This document shows positions 1 through 11,201 of a stretch of 21,079 nt of DNA, piece by piece; positions within the stretch are counted from its first letter, which is position 1, and the number at the start of each line of letters is the position of its first letter. A program made the position numbers and the translations under genes. Below the pieces are notes generated by a model, which did not search any database, was not told where the DNA came from, and was given only the letters and a program-made list of their open reading frames with translations. The stretch lies in contig JBBQSO010000088.1 in the NCBI GenBank assembly GCA_038213805.1, forward strand, positions 1 through 21,079, given 5' to 3'. This stretch comes from Planctomycetota bacterium. Its GTDB lineage: Bacteria; Planctomycetota; UBA11346.

Positions 1-716
1 GCGCCGAACAGAGCGGCGACGAGGTGCTCATCCGCCTCGCCGATGACGGCCGCGGCATGGATCCCGAGAAGCTGCGCCGCAAAGCGGTCGAAAAGGGGCT
101 GATCGGCGCGGACCAGAAGCTCACCGAGCAGGAGGCCTTCCAGCTGATCTTCCTCGCCGGCTTCTCGACCGCCGAGCAGGTCACCGGCATCAGCGGGCGC
201 GGCGTGGGCATGGACGTGGTCAAGCGCAACGTCGAACAGATGAAAGGCACCGTCGAGATCACCAGCGTGCTCGGCCAGGGCAGCACCTTCACCATCCACC
301 TGCCGATGACCACCGCGATCCTCGACGCCATGCTGCTGCGCGTCGGTGACCAGCGCTTCCTGATGCCAATGACCGCGCTGATCGAGGCCGTGCGCCCGGC
401 GCCGGGCCAGGTCCACGAGGTGCTCGGCCGCGGCCGGGTGATCGAGAGCCGCAACCAGCTGCTGCCGGTCGCACTGCTCGGAGAGCGCTTCGCGATCGCC
501 GCCGCCGAGAATGATCCCGCCGCGGCCGTGATCATGGTCATCGAGCACCAGCGCGGCCGCTACGCGCTGCAGGTCGACGAGATCCTCGGCCTGCAGCAGG
601 TGGTGATCAAGCCGCTCGCCCACGGCCTGGAACACCACCACGGCGTGGCTGGTACGGCCATCCTCGGCGATGGCCGCGTCGGCCTGATCCTCGATCCCGC
701 CCGCATCCTCAACTGA
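1..716 (+). CDS. cheA: Chemotaxis histidine kinase CheA, C-terminal part (HATPase_c + CheW-like P5 domain); 5' end lies outside the window
   Basis: The frame is open from base 3 (AEQSGDEVLIRLADDGRGMD). It shows the G1 box DDGRG, F box IFLAGFSTA and G2 box ISGRGVGMDVVK, followed by a P5 domain ending GTAILGDGRVGLILDP. Next gene is cheW. Confidence 0.96.
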   Translation, partial: AEQSGDEVLIRLADDGRGMDPEKLRRKAVEKGLIGADQKLTEQEAFQLIFLAGFSTAEQVTGISGRGVGMDVVKRNVEQMKGTVEITSVLGQGSTFTIHLPMTTAILDAMLLRVGDQRFLMPMTALIEAVRPAPGQVHEVLGRGRVIESRNQLLPVALLGERFAIAAAENDPAAAVIMVIEHQRGRYALQVDEILGLQQVVIKPLAHGLEHHHGVAGTAILGDGRVGLILDPARILN

Positions 717-742
717 CCCTCCGCACGCCCCGCGCCAGGAAC

Positions 743-1225
743 ATGACGATGAACGCCACCGCAACCGCCTCCGCAACCGCCACCGCCAGCAGCGGACTGG
801 GCGGCACCTATCTGACCTTCGCCCTCGGCGGCGAGGAGTACGGCATCGAGATCCTCAAGGTGCGCGAGATCATCGGCGTGCTGCCCATCACCAGCGTGCC
901 GGGCAGCCCGGCGACGATGATCGGCGTGATCAACCTGCGCGGCAAGGTCATCCCGGTGATCAGCATGCGTCGGCGCTTCGCCATGGCCGAGACCGAGGCG
1001 CACCCGCACAACGTCATCATCGTCGTCGAGGGCGGCCCGCAGGGCCTGATCGGCCTGGCCGTCGACCGCGTCAGCGAGGTCGCCTCGTTCAATCCCGCCG
1101 ACACCGAGCCGCCGCCCGCCTACGGCCTCGATGTCGACGCCAGCTTCGTCGCGGCGCTCGGCAAGAGCCAAGGCCACATCCGCATCCTGCTCGACATCGG
1201 CAAGGTCCTGGCTTCGGCCACCTGA
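743..1225 (+). CDS. cheW: Chemotaxis coupling protein CheW
   Basis: Motifs YLTFALGGEEYGIEILKVREII, GVINLRGKVIPVI and GLAVDRVSEV; AGGA RBS upstream. Confidence 0.96.
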   Translation: MTMNATATASATATASSGLGGTYLTFALGGEEYGIEILKVREIIGVLPITSVPGSPATMIGVINLRGKVIPVISMRRRFAMAETEAHPHNVIIVVEGGPQGLIGLAVDRVSEVASFNPADTEPPPAYGLDVDASFVAALGKSQGHIRILLDIGKVLASAT

Positions 1226-1257
1226 CCTCCACCACCACCTCCTCCAGGGAATCCGCC

Positions 1258-1983
1258 ATGCGCCACGTCAATCTGCCCCTCGTCTGCGCCCTGCTGTCGA
1301 TCACGCCCGCGGGCTGGACCGAGGAGGCCGCGACCATCGCAAGCACCGCTGGCGAGGCGCCCGCGGGCGAGCGCCACGAGCACACCGCGAGCCGCGAGCC
1401 GCTCGCTCCGTCCAACGCCCAGGCCCTGCAGCGCCTGATGGAGGGCAACGCCCGCTACGTCGCCGGCAAGCCCACCCACCCGCACCAGGACGCGGCCCGC
1501 CGCGCCGAAGTGGCGACGACGCAGAAGCCGATCGCCATCATCGTCACCTGCGCCGACTCGCGCGTCGGTCCGGAAGTGGTCTTCGACCAGGGCCTGGGCG
1601 ACATCTTCGTGCTGCGCGTCGCCGGCAACGTCGCCGACGACGACGTGCAGGCGAGCATCGAATACGCGGTCGAGCACCTCAACGTCAACCTGGTGATGGT
1701 GCTCGGCCACGAGCGCTGCGGCGCGGTCAAGGCGGCGCTCGCCGGCGGCGAGCTGCCCGGCCACCTCGCCGGCCTGATCGAGCGCATCCGCCCCGCCGTC
1801 GAGAGCACGCGCGGCCAGTCCGGCGACGCCCTCGACAACGCGGTCTCGGCCAACGCCCGGCTGGTCGCCGGCCAGCTGCGCGCCAGCCGCCCGCTGCTGC
1901 AGCCGCGCGTCACGGCGGGCAGCCTGGCGGTGCTCGCCGCGCGCCTCGACCTGGACACCGGCACGGTCGAACTGCTCTGGTGA
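1258..1983 (+). CDS. Beta-class carbonic anhydrase with probable N-terminal signal peptide
   Basis: Zn-ligand motifs TCADSRV (CxDxR) and [10 protein letters not shown] (HxxC), plus LMEGNARYV and [11 protein letters not shown]. The N-terminus [21 protein letters not shown] resembles a Sec signal. AGGA RBS. Confidence 0.93.
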   Translation: MRHVNLPLVCALLSITPAGWTEEAATIASTAGEAPAGERHEHTASREPLAPSNAQALQRLMEGNARYVAGKPTHPHQDAARRAEVATTQKPIAIIVTCADSRVGPEVVFDQGLGDIFVLRVAGNVADDDVQASIEYAVEHLNVNLVMVLGHERCGAVKAALAGGELPGHLAGLIERIRPAVESTRGQSGDALDNAVSANARLVAGQLRASRPLLQPRVTAGSLAVLAARLDLDTGTVELLW

Positions 1984-2053
1984 GCGCGCCGCGCCGCCAC
2001 CCGAACACTCACCCTCACTCCATACCATCCTCAGCGTCCCCAAGGAAACTCTC

Positions 2054-4045
2054 ATGAAGATCGGCCAGAAGATCGTCCTCGGCTTCTCCAGCATCCTGGT
2101 CATCGCCGGCGCCCTCGGCGCCCTCGGCATCACCAGCATGCTCTCGGTCAAGTCGCAATCGAGCGACCTCTCGAACGAGTACATGCCCGAGATCGCGGTC
2201 GCCTCCGACCTGGAGCGCGAGGTGCGCCTGGCGATGTACGACATCCGCATCTACGGCACCACCGGTGAGGAGCAGTTCCTGACCAGCGGCCGCCTGCACC
2301 TCACCGAGGTCGAACATCACATCACCGCGGCCGTCGAGCTCTCCAAGCGGGCGACCAAGCTGGTGGCGCTGCCCGGTGCGATCACCGAGATGAGCGCCAC
2401 ATTCAACGAATACCGTAAGCGCATCGACGAGACCGAGGCGCTCAACAAGGAGCGCGCAGCGACCACCGAGCGGCTCAACGCGGCGGGCAAGGAGCTCTCG
2501 GCCAAGACCACTGAGTTTTTCGAAAGCCAGATCAAGCACGGCAAGGCCGACATCGACGCCGCCAAGGAGCCCGACGCGCTCAAGGAGCGCCTGCTCAAGA
2601 TCAACCTGGCCCAGGACCTGCTGTCCACCATCGCCGGCGCGCGCGTGACGCTGTGGCGCAGCATCGGCGAGCGCCACTTCGACGAGATCGAGAAGGCGCG
2701 CGACCTGCTCGCCAAGAGCGGCCTGGCCATCAAGGCGCTGCTGCCCATCACCCGTGTCCCCGCCGACGTCGAGGAGCTCAAGGCGATCGAGGGCCTGATC
2801 ACGGCCTACGCCCAGGCGGTGGGCGAGATGCACCGGAACATTATCGCCGCCGGCGAGCTCGGGAGCGTGCGCGCGAAGGCCGGCTCGGCCTTCGCTACCG
2901 GCGCCGAGACGCTCTCCAAGAAGGGCATGGCCCACACCAAGGAGGTCGCCGACAACGCCCGCGAATCGCTCGGCGCCAGCTCGCTGACCATGATCATCGG
3001 CCTGATCGTCGCCGCCGTGGTGGGCATCAGCCTGGCCATCCTGATCACGCGCGGCATCGTGCGTTCGCTGCTGCGCATGGTCGACGACCTGAGCGGCTGC
3101 TCGGCGCAGACCGCCGAGGCCGCCTCGCAGGTCGCTACCGGTTCGCAGTCGCTGGCCGACGGCACCACCAAGACCGCCGCCTCGTTGGAGGAGACCTCGG
3201 CGAGCATGGAGGAGATGGGCAGCCTGGTGCGCCAGACCACGCAGAACACCGACAGCGCCAGCGGCCTGGCGCTGAAGGCGCGCGAGGCCGGCGACCAGGG
3301 CGCGTCCGCGATGTCCGACCTCGCCAAGGCCATCGCCGAGATCAAGGCCAACGCCGACCAGACCGCCAAGATCGTCAAGACCATCGACGAGATCGCCTTC
3401 CAGACCAACCTGCTGGCGCTCAACGCGGCGGTCGAGGCGGCACGTGCCGGCGACGCCGGCAAGGGCTTCGCGGTGGTGGCCGAAGAGGTGCGCAACCTCG
3501 CCCAGCGCGCCGGTCAGGCCGCGCGCAACACCAGCGAGCTGATCGAGAAGAGCGTCAAGAGCGCTGAGGCGGGCGTCAGCCTGTCGGCCAGCGTCAGCAA
3601 GGTGGTCGGCGAGATGACCGGCGCCTCGCGCAAGGTCAGCGACCTGGTCGGCGAGATCGCGGCCTCAGCCAAGGAGATCGCCCAGGGCATCGATCAGGTC
3701 GGCAAGGCGGTACGCCAGATGGATCAGGTCACGCAAGCCAACGCCGCCTCGGCCGAAGAGAACTCGGCGGTCGGTGAGGAGATGAGCGCCCAGGCCCGGA
3801 CTCTCGACGAGCTGGTTGGCAGCCTCGAGAGCATGGTGCGGACCTCAGCGGGCGGAGCCGAGCGGGCCGCAGCGCAGTACCAGCCCGTCGCCAAGGCGAA
3901 GGCGCAGCGCAGCGCCGGGACGAACGGCCACCATGGCGGCCACGCCGCCCCGGCGCTGCAGCGCGGGAACCTCGCCCATCAGGCCAAGCAGACCATCCCC
4001 TTCGACGACGATGGAGACGACCAGGCGACCCTGAAGCGCTTCTAG
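2054..4045 (+). CDS. Methyl-accepting chemotaxis protein (two TM helices, large helical periplasmic domain, MCP signalling domain)
   Basis: TM1 [22 protein letters not shown]2 [19 protein letters not shown], hairpin tip [50 protein letters not shown]. Confidence 0.97.
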   Translation: MKIGQKIVLGFSSILVIAGALGALGITSMLSVKSQSSDLSNEYMPEIAVASDLEREVRLAMYDIRIYGTTGEEQFLTSGRLHLTEVEHHITAAVELSKRATKLVALPGAITEMSATFNEYRKRIDETEALNKERAATTERLNAAGKELSAKTTEFFESQIKHGKADIDAAKEPDALKERLLKINLAQDLLSTIAGARVTLWRSIGERHFDEIEKARDLLAKSGLAIKALLPITRVPADVEELKAIEGLITAYAQAVGEMHRNIIAAGELGSVRAKAGSAFATGAETLSKKGMAHTKEVADNARESLGASSLTMIIGLIVAAVVGISLAILITRGIVRSLLRMVDDLSGCSAQTAEAASQVATGSQSLADGTTKTAASLEETSASMEEMGSLVRQTTQNTDSASGLALKAREAGDQGASAMSDLAKAIAEIKANADQTAKIVKTIDEIAFQTNLLALNAAVEAARAGDAGKGFAVVAEEVRNLAQRAGQAARNTSELIEKSVKSAEAGVSLSASVSKVVGEMTGASRKVSDLVGEIAASAKEIAQGIDQVGKAVRQMDQVTQANAASAEENSAVGEEMSAQARTLDELVGSLESMVRTSAGGAERAAAQYQPVAKAKAQRSAGTNGHHGGHAAPALQRGNLAHQAKQTIPFDDDGDDQATLKRF

Positions 4046-4082
4046 ACCGCCTGCACCGGAGCGCAGCCCGCGGAACCCGCCC

Positions 4083-4880
4083 ATGGTCACCGACTCTCTC
4101 GACGACCTCATGCACCTGGCCAAGCAGGTGGCCGGCATCGACCTCCCCGAGGGCAAGCGCTCGATGGTGGGTAGCCGGCTGGCCAAGCGGCTGCGCGTGC
4201 TCGGCATCGGCATCGCCGACTACGCGCGGCGTTGCCACGAAGATCCGGCCGAACTCGCGCATATGGTCGACCTGCTGACCACCAACCACACCGCGTGGAT
4301 GCGCGAGCCGGCGCACTTCGCCGACCTCGAGCAGCGCGTGCTGCCGGCCATCGCCAAGACGGGCCGGCGCCGTCTGCGCATCTGGTGCGCGGCGGCGGCG
4401 ACCGGTGAGGAGCCCTACACCATCGCCATGACCGTACGCCGTGCGCTGGGCGAGCTCGCGGGCTGGGACGCCGCGATCCTCGCCACCGACATCTCGCGGC
4501 GCGCGCTGGCCAAGGCGCGAGCCGGGCTCTACGACGCCGCCCGGGTCGCGGAGCTCGACCCGGGCGACCGCGCTTTGGCCCTGGAGGAGGTCGAGGTGGG
4601 TGGCGAACGCCGCTTACGCGTGCGCAGCGCGCTGCGTTCCCTGCTCGCCTTCGCCCAGCTCAACCTGATGGGCGAATGGCCCATGCAGGGGCCATTCGAC
4701 GTCATCTTCTGCCGCAACGTGATGATCTACTTCGATACGCCCACCAAGGAGCGCCTGGTCAACCGCCTGGCCGGCCTGCTGGCGCCGGGCGGGACGCTGT
4801 ACGTCGGCCACGCCGAGAGCCTCAGCGGCATCAGCCACCCCCTGCGCACGCTGGGAACCGCGACCTATGCCACCACCTGA
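4083..4880 (+). CDS. cheR: Chemotaxis methyltransferase CheR
   Basis: Motifs LTTNHTAWMREPAHF, RIWCAAAATGEEPYTIAM, ILATDIS, FDVIFCRNVMIYFD and LYVGHAESL. Confidence 0.96.
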   Translation: MVTDSLDDLMHLAKQVAGIDLPEGKRSMVGSRLAKRLRVLGIGIADYARRCHEDPAELAHMVDLLTTNHTAWMREPAHFADLEQRVLPAIAKTGRRRLRIWCAAAATGEEPYTIAMTVRRALGELAGWDAAILATDISRRALAKARAGLYDAARVAELDPGDRALALEEVEVGGERRLRVRSALRSLLAFAQLNLMGEWPMQGPFDVIFCRNVMIYFDTPTKERLVNRLAGLLAPGGTLYVGHAESLSGISHPLRTLGTATYATT

Positions 4881-5364
4881 GACCTGCGCGCGCCACGTCA
4901 TCGGCATCGGCGGGCTAGAGGTCCGCGGCGGACCGGGCGAGATCGCCACCTATGCCTTGGGCAGCTGCCTGGGCATCACCATCCACGACCCGACCAGCGG
5001 GATCGGCGGCATGCTGCACGCCCAGCTGCCTTGCGCGGCGCGCAGTCCGGAGCGCGCCCGCGAGACCCCCGGGCTGTTCGTCGACAGCGGGCTGGAGCTG
5101 CTGTTCGCGCGCGCCGTGGCGCTCGGCGCCAACCGCCGACGGTTGCGCGTGGCGGTCGCAGGCGCTGCGAGCATGAACGCGGTGGCCAACGACGTCTTCA
5201 ACATCCCGCAGCAGAACCTGACCGCCCTGCGCAAGGCCTGCTGGGCAATGGCCGTGATGGTCGGTGCGCAGGACACCGGCGGCAATGATCCGCGGACGCT
5301 GTTCCTCGATCTCACCAGCGGCGTCACCACCGTGCAGATGTGCGGCCAGCGCAAGAATCTCTGA
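4867..5364 (+). CDS. cheD: Chemoreceptor glutamine deamidase CheD
   Basis: Catalytic motifs TYALGSCLGITIHD and GGMLHAQLP, plus C-terminal AQDTGGNDPRT; overlaps the cheR end. Confidence 0.92.
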   Translation: MPPPETCARHVIGIGGLEVRGGPGEIATYALGSCLGITIHDPTSGIGGMLHAQLPCAARSPERARETPGLFVDSGLELLFARAVALGANRRRLRVAVAGAASMNAVANDVFNIPQQNLTALRKACWAMAVMVGAQDTGGNDPRTLFLDLTSGVTTVQMCGQRKNL

Positions 5365-5374
5365 GGAGCGCGCC

Positions 5375-5809
5375 ATGAAACTCAACATCCTGGTCGTCGA
5401 CGACAACCGCATGATGCGCGAGATGGTCAGCCGCGCGGTGCGCATGTCCGCACTTGATGTCGGCGAGTTGATCCAGGCCGGCAACGGCCAGGAGGCACTG
5501 GCGGCGATGCGCGCGACGTGGATCGACCTGGTCCTGCTCGACCTCAACATGCCGGTGATGGATGGCGAGACCTTCCTGCGCGCGCTGCGCGCCGATACCG
5601 CGCTGCGCGCCGCGCTGGTGGTGGTGGTGTCGACGGAATCCTCACAGCCGCGCATCGCCCGGCTCGCCGCGCTGGGAGCCGGCTTCGTGCACAAGCCGTT
5701 CCGCCCGGAAGAGCTGCTGGCCGAGGTCGAGCGCCAGATCGCCAGCCAGCGCGGCGCCCCGCACGGCAGCCCCCAGGCCGCAGGCACCCCCATGAGAGCA
5801 GCGCCATGA
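5375..5809 (+). CDS. cheY: Single-domain response regulator, CheY-like
   Basis: ATG at 5375 after a GAGGAG RBS (the ORF-track start at 5264 is too far upstream). ILVVDD, phospho-acceptor LVLLDLNMPVMDG, VVSTES and FVHKPF. Confidence 0.9.
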   Translation: MKLNILVVDDNRMMREMVSRAVRMSALDVGELIQAGNGQEALAAMRATWIDLVLLDLNMPVMDGETFLRALRADTALRAALVVVVSTESSQPRIARLAALGAGFVHKPFRPEELLAEVERQIASQRGAPHGSPQAAGTPMRAAP

Positions 5810-6246
5810 GCCCCGCATCCACCGACGACGCCCTGCGCACCATCGCCGGCGTGGTCGGCGACCTCGCCTTCCTCACCCCGCTCGGAATCGGCCCGCTGCT
5901 TGCCGCGGGCGAGCAGGAACTCGCGGTCCACGTCGCCTTCCGCGGCAGCGCCAGCGGCACCCTGGTGCTGGCGCTCGCGCCGGGCCTGGCACGCGCGCTG
6001 GTCGACAACCTCGCGCCGCCTGAGCCCGGCTGCACGCCCACGGGGGAGGATCTCGCCGACGCCGCCAAGGAACTCGCCAACGTGCTCGCCGGGAACCTGC
6101 TGGCCACGCTGCACGGCGAACAGGCGGAGTTCCAGCTCGGCAGCCCGGAACTGGTGCCGCCCGCCGAGCTGCCCGCCAGTGCCACCTTCGCCATCGGGCT
6201 GATCCTGGCCGAGGGTGCGATGATGGCCGGCATCCTGCCGGCATGA
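5806..6246 (+). CDS. cheX: CheX/CheC-family chemotaxis phosphatase
   Basis: ATG at 5806 overlaps the cheY stop (ATGA). VAFRGSASGTLVL and the catalytic ExxN motif in DAAKELANVLAGNLL. Confidence 0.8.
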   Translation: MSPASTDDALRTIAGVVGDLAFLTPLGIGPLLAAGEQELAVHVAFRGSASGTLVLALAPGLARALVDNLAPPEPGCTPTGEDLADAAKELANVLAGNLLATLHGEQAEFQLGSPELVPPAELPASATFAIGLILAEGAMMAGILPA

Positions 6247-7286
6247 CCGCCCCCATCAGAGTACTGGTGGTCGACGACAGCGCCCTGGTCCGCCAGGTCC
6301 TGGTCGAGGTGCTGGGACGCGATCCCGGCCTGCTGGTGGTGGGCACCGCGCCCGATCCCTACGTGGCGCGCGAGATGATCGTGACGCACCGTCCCGACGT
6401 GCTGACCCTCGACCTCGAGATGCCGCGCATGGATGGGCTGTCGTTCCTGGCCAAGCTCATGCAGCACCACCCGCTGCCGGTGGTGGTGATCTCGAGCCTG
6501 ACCCCCCGCGGCAGCGAGGAGGCGATGCGCGCCTATGAGCTGGGCGCGGTCGAGGTGCTGTGCAAGCCCGGCTCGGCCTACAGCGTCGCCGAGCTCGCCG
6601 GGGTGCTCGGCCGCACCCTGCGCGCGGCCGCGGCGGCACGTGTACAGACGCGCATCGCCGCGCCGCCCGCGGGCGCCGCGCCGGTCAAGGGCCCCCGCCT
6701 GCTCGGGCGCACCACCGCGCGCATGCTCGCGCTGGGCGCCTCCACCGGCGGTACCGAGGCGCTGCACGCGGTCATGGCGCGGCTGCCCGGCGACACCCCG
6801 GGCACGGTCATCGTCCAGCACATGCCGCCACTTTTTACCGCGAGCTTCGCCAAACGGCTCGACGGCATCAGCGCGATGACCGTGGCCGAGGCGCGCGGCG
6901 GCGAGGAGCTGCTGCCGGGACTCGCCTTCCTTGCGCCCGGCGGCCACCACCTGGTGGTCGAGCGCAGCGGCGCCAAGTACGTGCTCGCGCTGCGCGGCGG
7001 GCCGCAGGTGCAGTTCCAGAAGCCCGCGGTCGACGTCACCTTCCGCTCGGTGGCGCAGGCCGCCGGGGCCAACGCCGTGGGCGTGGTGCTGACCGGCATG
7101 GGGCGCGACGGTGCCGAAGGCCTACTCGCGATGCGCCGCGCCGGCGCCCACACCATCGCCCAGGACGAGGCCACCTGCGTGGTCTACGGCATGCCCAAGG
7201 CCGCGGTCGAGCTTGGCGCGGCGGTCGAGGTGCTGCCGCTCGAGGCCATCGCTGCGCACGCCGCGCGCCGCGCGCTGGCCCCGTAA
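6243..7286 (+). CDS. cheB: Chemotaxis response regulator-methylesterase CheB
   Basis: REC domain (VLVVDDSALVR, LTLDLEMPRMDG) plus esterase triad motifs GASTGG, VQHMP and LTGMGRDG. Confidence 0.97.
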   Translation: MTAPIRVLVVDDSALVRQVLVEVLGRDPGLLVVGTAPDPYVAREMIVTHRPDVLTLDLEMPRMDGLSFLAKLMQHHPLPVVVISSLTPRGSEEAMRAYELGAVEVLCKPGSAYSVAELAGVLGRTLRAAAAARVQTRIAAPPAGAAPVKGPRLLGRTTARMLALGASTGGTEALHAVMARLPGDTPGTVIVQHMPPLFTASFAKRLDGISAMTVAEARGGEELLPGLAFLAPGGHHLVVERSGAKYVLALRGGPQVQFQKPAVDVTFRSVAQAAGANAVGVVLTGMGRDGAEGLLAMRRAGAHTIAQDEATCVVYGMPKAAVELGAAVEVLPLEAIAAHAARRALAP

Positions 7287-7308
7287 GCCCCGTAAGCCCC
7301 GTAAGCCC
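7278..7308 (+). repeat. 9-bp tandem repeat (GCCCCGTAA) x3.4 containing the cheB stop codon
   Basis: gccccgtaa gccccgtaa gccccgtaa gccc read directly from the sequence. Confidence 0.95.
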
Positions 7309-7394
7309 GCAGCGGGCGCCGCGCCGGATCACCTCCGTCCCGTTTGCCGATGCATGGACAGCGCACACGCGGCCACGGGGCCGGCGGCACGTTG

Positions 7395-9952
<2,558 letters not shown>

Positions 9953-9956
<4 letters not shown>

Positions 9957-10969
9957 GGCGTCCCTTCCAGGCTGGGGCCGGTTAAGGTGCGCAGGAAGGC
10001 CACCAGCAGGCCGATGTCGTCCTCGGAGATGCGTGTACCCAGTTCATAGCGCGCCATCACCGCTACCGCCTGCTCCAGGGTCTTGGCCGTGCCATCGTGG
10101 AAATAGGGCGCCGTCAGCGCCACGTTGCGCAGGCTCGGCACCTTGAAGACGTGGCGGTCTGCTTCGCGCTGGGTGACCGCGAAGCGTCCGAGATCCGCGG
10201 CAGTCTCGTTGCCGCGGTTGCCGAAGTAGTCCTCCATCAGTCCGAAGCGCTGGTAGAGGTTGCCGCCGATCCCGGCGCCCTGATGGCAGCTGCTGCAGCC
10301 CAAAGTGAGGAACAGCCGGAAGCCGGCCTGCTCGCGGTCGGTCAACGCAGTCCGCTCGCCGCCAAGGAAGCGGTCGCAGCGCGATCCGCTCGTGACCAGG
10401 GTGCGCTCGAAGGTTGCGACGGCAGCGCTGATGCTCGTCGGGCTGATGCCCTCTGGATAAAGCCGGGCGAAGGCGGCGACATAGCCGGGATCGGCGGCCA
10501 GCGCGGCGACCGCCTCCGGCCAGGACGAGGCCATCTCCAGCGGATTGGCGATCGGGCCGCCCACCTGGTCTTCAAGGGTGGCGGCGCGCCCGTCCCAGAA
10601 CTGGCGGAAGCTGAGCGCCGCATTGTAGACGGTCGGCGCGTTGATCACGCCGGCCAAACCCCCGACGCCGCGGGAGACCCGACGCCCATCCATCCCGCCC
10701 GCCACAAGCTGGTGGCAGGACGCGCAAGACAGGCTGCCGTCATGGGACAGGCGGGTCTCATGGAAGATTCGGCGGCCGAGTTCCACGCGTTCGGGGTCGA
10801 GGCCAGGGATCGCGACGATCGGCAGCAGGGCGCGCCGGTCGTCGCCCGCGGCGGTGTCAGAACGCGGACGCACCGGCGCAGATCCGGCGGCGGCGCCGAG
10901 CACATCGATAAGGTAGCCGCCCATGAGGATCACACTGGCGATGCCGAGGGCCACCATCACCTTCAGCAT
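9953..10969 (-). CDS. Di-haem cytochrome c peroxidase (bCcP/MauG family) protein, exported or membrane-anchored
   Basis: Two CxxCH motifs (SCASCH, GCSSCH), INAPTVYN, QFWDGRA and FKVPSLRNVALTAPYFHDG; hydrophobic N-terminus. ATG at 10969 follows an AGGAAGG RBS (ORF track starts at 11032). Confidence 0.92.
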
Positions 10970-11002
10970 GGGAACCTTCCTGCGTTCAGGGCGCGTGCAT
11001 CG

Positions 11003-11011
11003 ATGATACCA
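11003..11011 (-). promoter_or_regulatory. Candidate extended -10 element (TGGTATCAT) upstream of the peroxidase gene
   Basis: TGn+TATCAT about 33 nt upstream of the start codon, in a divergent intergenic region. An identical 9-mer occurs upstream of fliL. Confidence 0.4.
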
Positions 11012-11201
11012 TGAACCATGCGCCCGGGACACCGCCTGCCCAAGGATCGTACCGGACCCGGGCGCGGCGGTGCTGGCGCCACCCGTCCGGCGTCGCTTTT
11101 CCCTCGCGGCCTGCCAGGGCGGCGATGGGGCGATGCTCGCGCGCCAGGGCCGGACCGGGCGACAGCGCTCGCCCCTGGCCTAGCGGCACGCACTGGCGAG
11201 C

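Noticed and set aside
755..790. (ACCGCM)n-like repeat at the start of cheW
   Set aside because: Encodes a low-complexity Thr/Ala linker (ATATASATATA); an ordinary disordered N-terminus.
5264..5805. Upstream extensions of the cheY (5264) and cheX (5518) ORFs
   Set aside because: They overlap cheD and cheY. The RBS and ATGA coupling support starts at 5375 and 5806.
11113..11180. GC-rich direct and inverted repeats (gccagggc; gggcga/tcgccc) upstream of dcd
   Set aside because: Short GC-only matches are expected by chance at this base composition.
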